Shown here piece after piece: positions 61,562 through 64,000 of a DNA stretch of 64,000 nucleotides. The notes under the pieces were generated by a model that saw nothing but the letters and a program-made list of their open reading frames with translations, searched no databases and had not been told where the DNA came from. How positions within the stretch are numbered: position 1 is the first letter of the stretch; every line of letters starts with the position of its first letter. Both the position numbers and the translations under genes were made by a program. Source of the stretch: Gammaproteobacteria bacterium (GTDB lineage: Bacteria; Pseudomonadota; Gammaproteobacteria; CAKMZV01); assembly GCA_965277625.1 (NCBI GenBank), contig OZ255827.1:1544550-1608549 (forward strand). Direction: 5' to 3'.

Positions 61562-62998
61562 ATGGCAAAGAAAAATGCTGCAGCCTTCATCCCACCACAT
61601 TCGATTGAAGCCGAACAATCGGTTCTGGGTGGTATGCTCATTGATAACGAAGCCGCCGAAGATGTCTTGGGATTATTACATGCAGAAGATTTTTACCGCG
61701 CGGATCATCAAATGCTCTTTTCAACCATTCAAACGCTCTTTAGTGAGCGCAGACCCGTTGACATCATAACAGTCAGCGAACACCTTGAGCGGCTAAATAG
61801 CTTAAAAGAAGCGGGTGGTACGGTTTACATTGGTGAATTGGCTCAGAATACGCCAACGGCTGCAAACATTAAAACCTATGCCATCATCGTTCGTGAACGG
61901 GCTTTAATGCGGGCATTAATTCAAATTGGTGCCGATATATCTCGCATGGGATTTGACCCGCAAGGCTTAGGCCCTATGGAATTGACTGAAAAAGCTGAAC
62001 AAATGGTCTTTAAGCTGGCAGAACAGCAAATAAAAACAGATTCTTTCAAACCCATTGAAAAAGTGTTTGGGGAGGTGATTCAGAAAGTCAGTGATCTTTC
62101 AGAGTTGGACTCTGATATCACAGGCGTCCCCTCTGGATTTGTTGATTTAGATAAAATGACCGCGGGTTTTCAGTCTGGCGACCTTATTATTTTGGCTGGA
62201 CGGCCTTCTATGGGTAAAACAACCCTTGCCATGAATTTAGTTGAACATGCCGCACGCCACTACATGCAACCTGCTTTCGTTGAAGGGGGCGATTCTATGC
62301 CCTCATGCGTTGGTGTGTTTAGTATGGAAATGGGGGCAGAACAAGTGGTCATGCGCCTGGCCTCTTCTATAGGCAAAATTCCGCTCAGCAATCTGCGCAA
62401 TGGTCAATTGGATCATGACCAGTGGCAACAATTTTTTAGTGCAGGGGAGACGATTAAACCCCTGCAGATTCACATTGATGATTCTTCGGGTCTTACCGCA
62501 TTTGAGCTACGTGCTCGCGCCCGTCGTTTAAAAAGAAATTACAACAACTTATCGTTGATCATTGTTGATTATTTACAACTGCTACACGGTGATTCAAAAG
62601 AGGATAACCGCGTAGCCGAAATGACTCAAATATCACGTCTGTTAAAAGAAATGGCGCGTGAACTGAACATCCCCGTCGTTGCATTATCTCAATTAAATCG
62701 CGGCTTAGAGAAGCGTAATGATCGACGACCAATCATGTCAGATTTGCGCGAATCAGGCTCCATCGAACAAGATGCAGACATTATCATGTTCATCCATCGT
62801 GAGGAAGTCTATGAGAAAAACAAACCCGAACTAAAAGGGCAAGCCAAACTGATCATAGCCAAACAGCGAAACGGCGACATTGGCGATATTGATCTTCGTT
62901 TTGAAGGGCAATACTCTCGCTTTACAACCCCTATACATAGAGATGCTGAAGAGCATCTTGCTTATGACGGGTTTCATGTTGATGATCTACAACAATGA
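61562..62998 (+). CDS. dnaB: Replicative DNA helicase DnaB
   Basis: 478 aa with Walker A (GRPSMGKTT), H2-H4 motifs and N-terminal primase-interacting domain. Confidence 0.95.
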   Translation: MAKKNAAAFIPPHSIEAEQSVLGGMLIDNEAAEDVLGLLHAEDFYRADHQMLFSTIQTLFSERRPVDIITVSEHLERLNSLKEAGGTVYIGELAQNTPTAANIKTYAIIVRERALMRALIQIGADISRMGFDPQGLGPMELTEKAEQMVFKLAEQQIKTDSFKPIEKVFGEVIQKVSDLSELDSDITGVPSGFVDLDKMTAGFQSGDLIILAGRPSMGKTTLAMNLVEHAARHYMQPAFVEGGDSMPSCVGVFSMEMGAEQVVMRLASSIGKIPLSNLRNGQLDHDQWQQFFSAGETIKPLQIHIDDSSGLTAFELRARARRLKRNYNNLSLIIVDYLQLLHGDSKEDNRVAEMTQISRLLKEMARELNIPVVALSQLNRGLEKRNDRRPIMSDLRESGSIEQDADIIMFIHREEVYEKNKPELKGQAKLIIAKQRNGDIGDIDLRFEGQYSRFTTPIHRDAEEHLAYDGFHVDDLQQ

Positions 62999-63042
62999 CA
63001 GTCGTTATTCTTTTTTCTAGTCAAACTTGTCTCCCTTAGTCG

Positions 63043-64000
63043 TATGAACGGTGCACGCCTCACCATTTCTGCTTCGGCCATCGATGCGAACTACCAAACG
63101 GCTGTATCACTCCATAATAATCATCGCGTATTTGCTGTGGTCAAATCCAATGCTTATGGGCATGGTTTAGTCTTTGCTGCCAAAGCCATTAAAAGCGCCT
63201 ATGGTTATGCCGTTTGTCGCTTAGAAGAAGGGTTGTGCTTACGCAAAACTGGCATCAAAAAGCCTATTTTATTGCTCCAAGGCGCCGCCTCAAAAGACGA
63301 ATGGGCAGCATGTATTGAGCATGCAATTATGCCGGTTCTGCACCATCAGAAGCAACTGAGCTATTTACGACAAACCGCTGACTATCCGTCTAAACTTCCC
63401 ATTTGGATTAAAGTCAATACGGGCATGAACCGCTTGGGATTTTCAATTTCAGAAGCGGCAAAAGTCTATGATGAACTCGATGCCTTTAATCCCATACTTA
63501 TGAGTCATTATGCCTGTGCTGATGTGCCCGCTCATAGCCTCAATGTTCAACAACAACAGCGATTTAATGATTTAAATAAAGTCTGCAAGGCAACCACTTC
63601 TTTAGCAAATTCAGCCGCATTATTGGCGCAACAATATGAACGAGGCGACATTGCACGTGCTGGCATTATGCTCTATGGACATGCACCCTATGAAAACCCA
63701 AACATCCAACTGGCGACAACCATGCGCTTTGAAGCACCAGTCATTGCCTTGCAATCGGTCGAAAAAGGACAGATTGTTGGCTATGGCAGTACGTGGACGG
63801 CACCAGTAAAGGGTCAGATTGCCATTCTGCGCGTCGGTTATGCCGATGGTTACCCTCGAATTCTAAGCAACCAAATGGATGTGGCGTTTAAAGGACAAAG
63901 ATACCCCTTGGCTGGGTGCATTTCTATGGACATGTGTGCGGTCTTTGTGGGTGAAAATAAAGCGGCCATTCAACAGGGTGATTGGATTGAACTCTGGGGC
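63043..64000 (+). CDS. alr: Alanine racemase (3' end beyond window)
   Basis: Read in-frame from the ATG at 63043. VVKSNAYGHG PLP-lysine motif. dnaB-alr adjacency as in E. coli. Truncated by the window end. Confidence 0.75.

Noticed and set aside
1-64000. Search for CRISPR arrays, tRNA/rRNA genes, transposases, integrases and phage genes
   Set aside because: No regularly spaced direct repeats, no tRNA-like T-arm (GGTTCGAAT-type) in the non-coding gaps, and no recognisable mobile-element proteins. The two accessory clusters therefore have no visible mobility genes in this window.

Overview
AT-rich, probably gammaproteobacterial chromosomal segment, read by eye from the sequence and the supplied ORF track. 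Most of it is conserved housekeeping genes. Identified by characteristic protein motifs: an aldehyde dehydrogenase, fabA-fabB, folK, lepA-lepB, guaB-guaA, ribH-nusB-lptCAB, an orphan RND pump, leuC, mlaFEDCB followed by an ABC-2 pair, ibaG and murA, hisGDC, hemF, moaC, plsY, dapD-dapE, prmC, metA, lipB, a SCO1 homologue, dnaA-dnaN-gmk, rpsF-rpsR-rplI, dnaB and a partial alr. Two accessory gene clusters sit either side of guaBA and are the interesting part. The first (9.7-16.4 kb) couples a dTDP-amino-deoxysugar pathway (rmlA, a DegT aminotransferase, a short hexose-2,3-dehydratase-like protein, a Gfo/Idh/MocA reductase) to an Arn/Gtr-type module (ArnC-like GT2, ArnE/F-like flippase subunit, GT-C-like membrane transferase). 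This looks like a variant Arn-type periplasmic glycosylation route that uses a dTDP-amino sugar. The second (25.0-29.0 kb) is an ACP, SDR, adenylate-forming enzyme, KASIII, ACP, GNAT set, which looks like an N-(3-hydroxyacyl) decoration pathway. Directly after the first cluster (16.5-21.4 kb) is an unusual four-gene operon. It encodes a MotA/ExbB-like channel, two ExbD/TolR-like proteins (one very long and acidic) and a membrane-anchored tandem FGE-sulfatase (SUMF1/GldK-like) protein that seems to lack the catalytic cysteines. This is a candidate uncharacterised pmf-motor system. Other observations: phased perfect DnaA boxes in a 670-bp AT-rich gap, DnaA boxes upstream of dnaA and abutting the rpsF ribosome-binding site, and a degenerate duplicated 5' fragment of the aldehyde dehydrogenase gene flanking a DUF2200 gene. 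No rRNA, tRNA, CRISPR, transposase or integrase genes were recognised.
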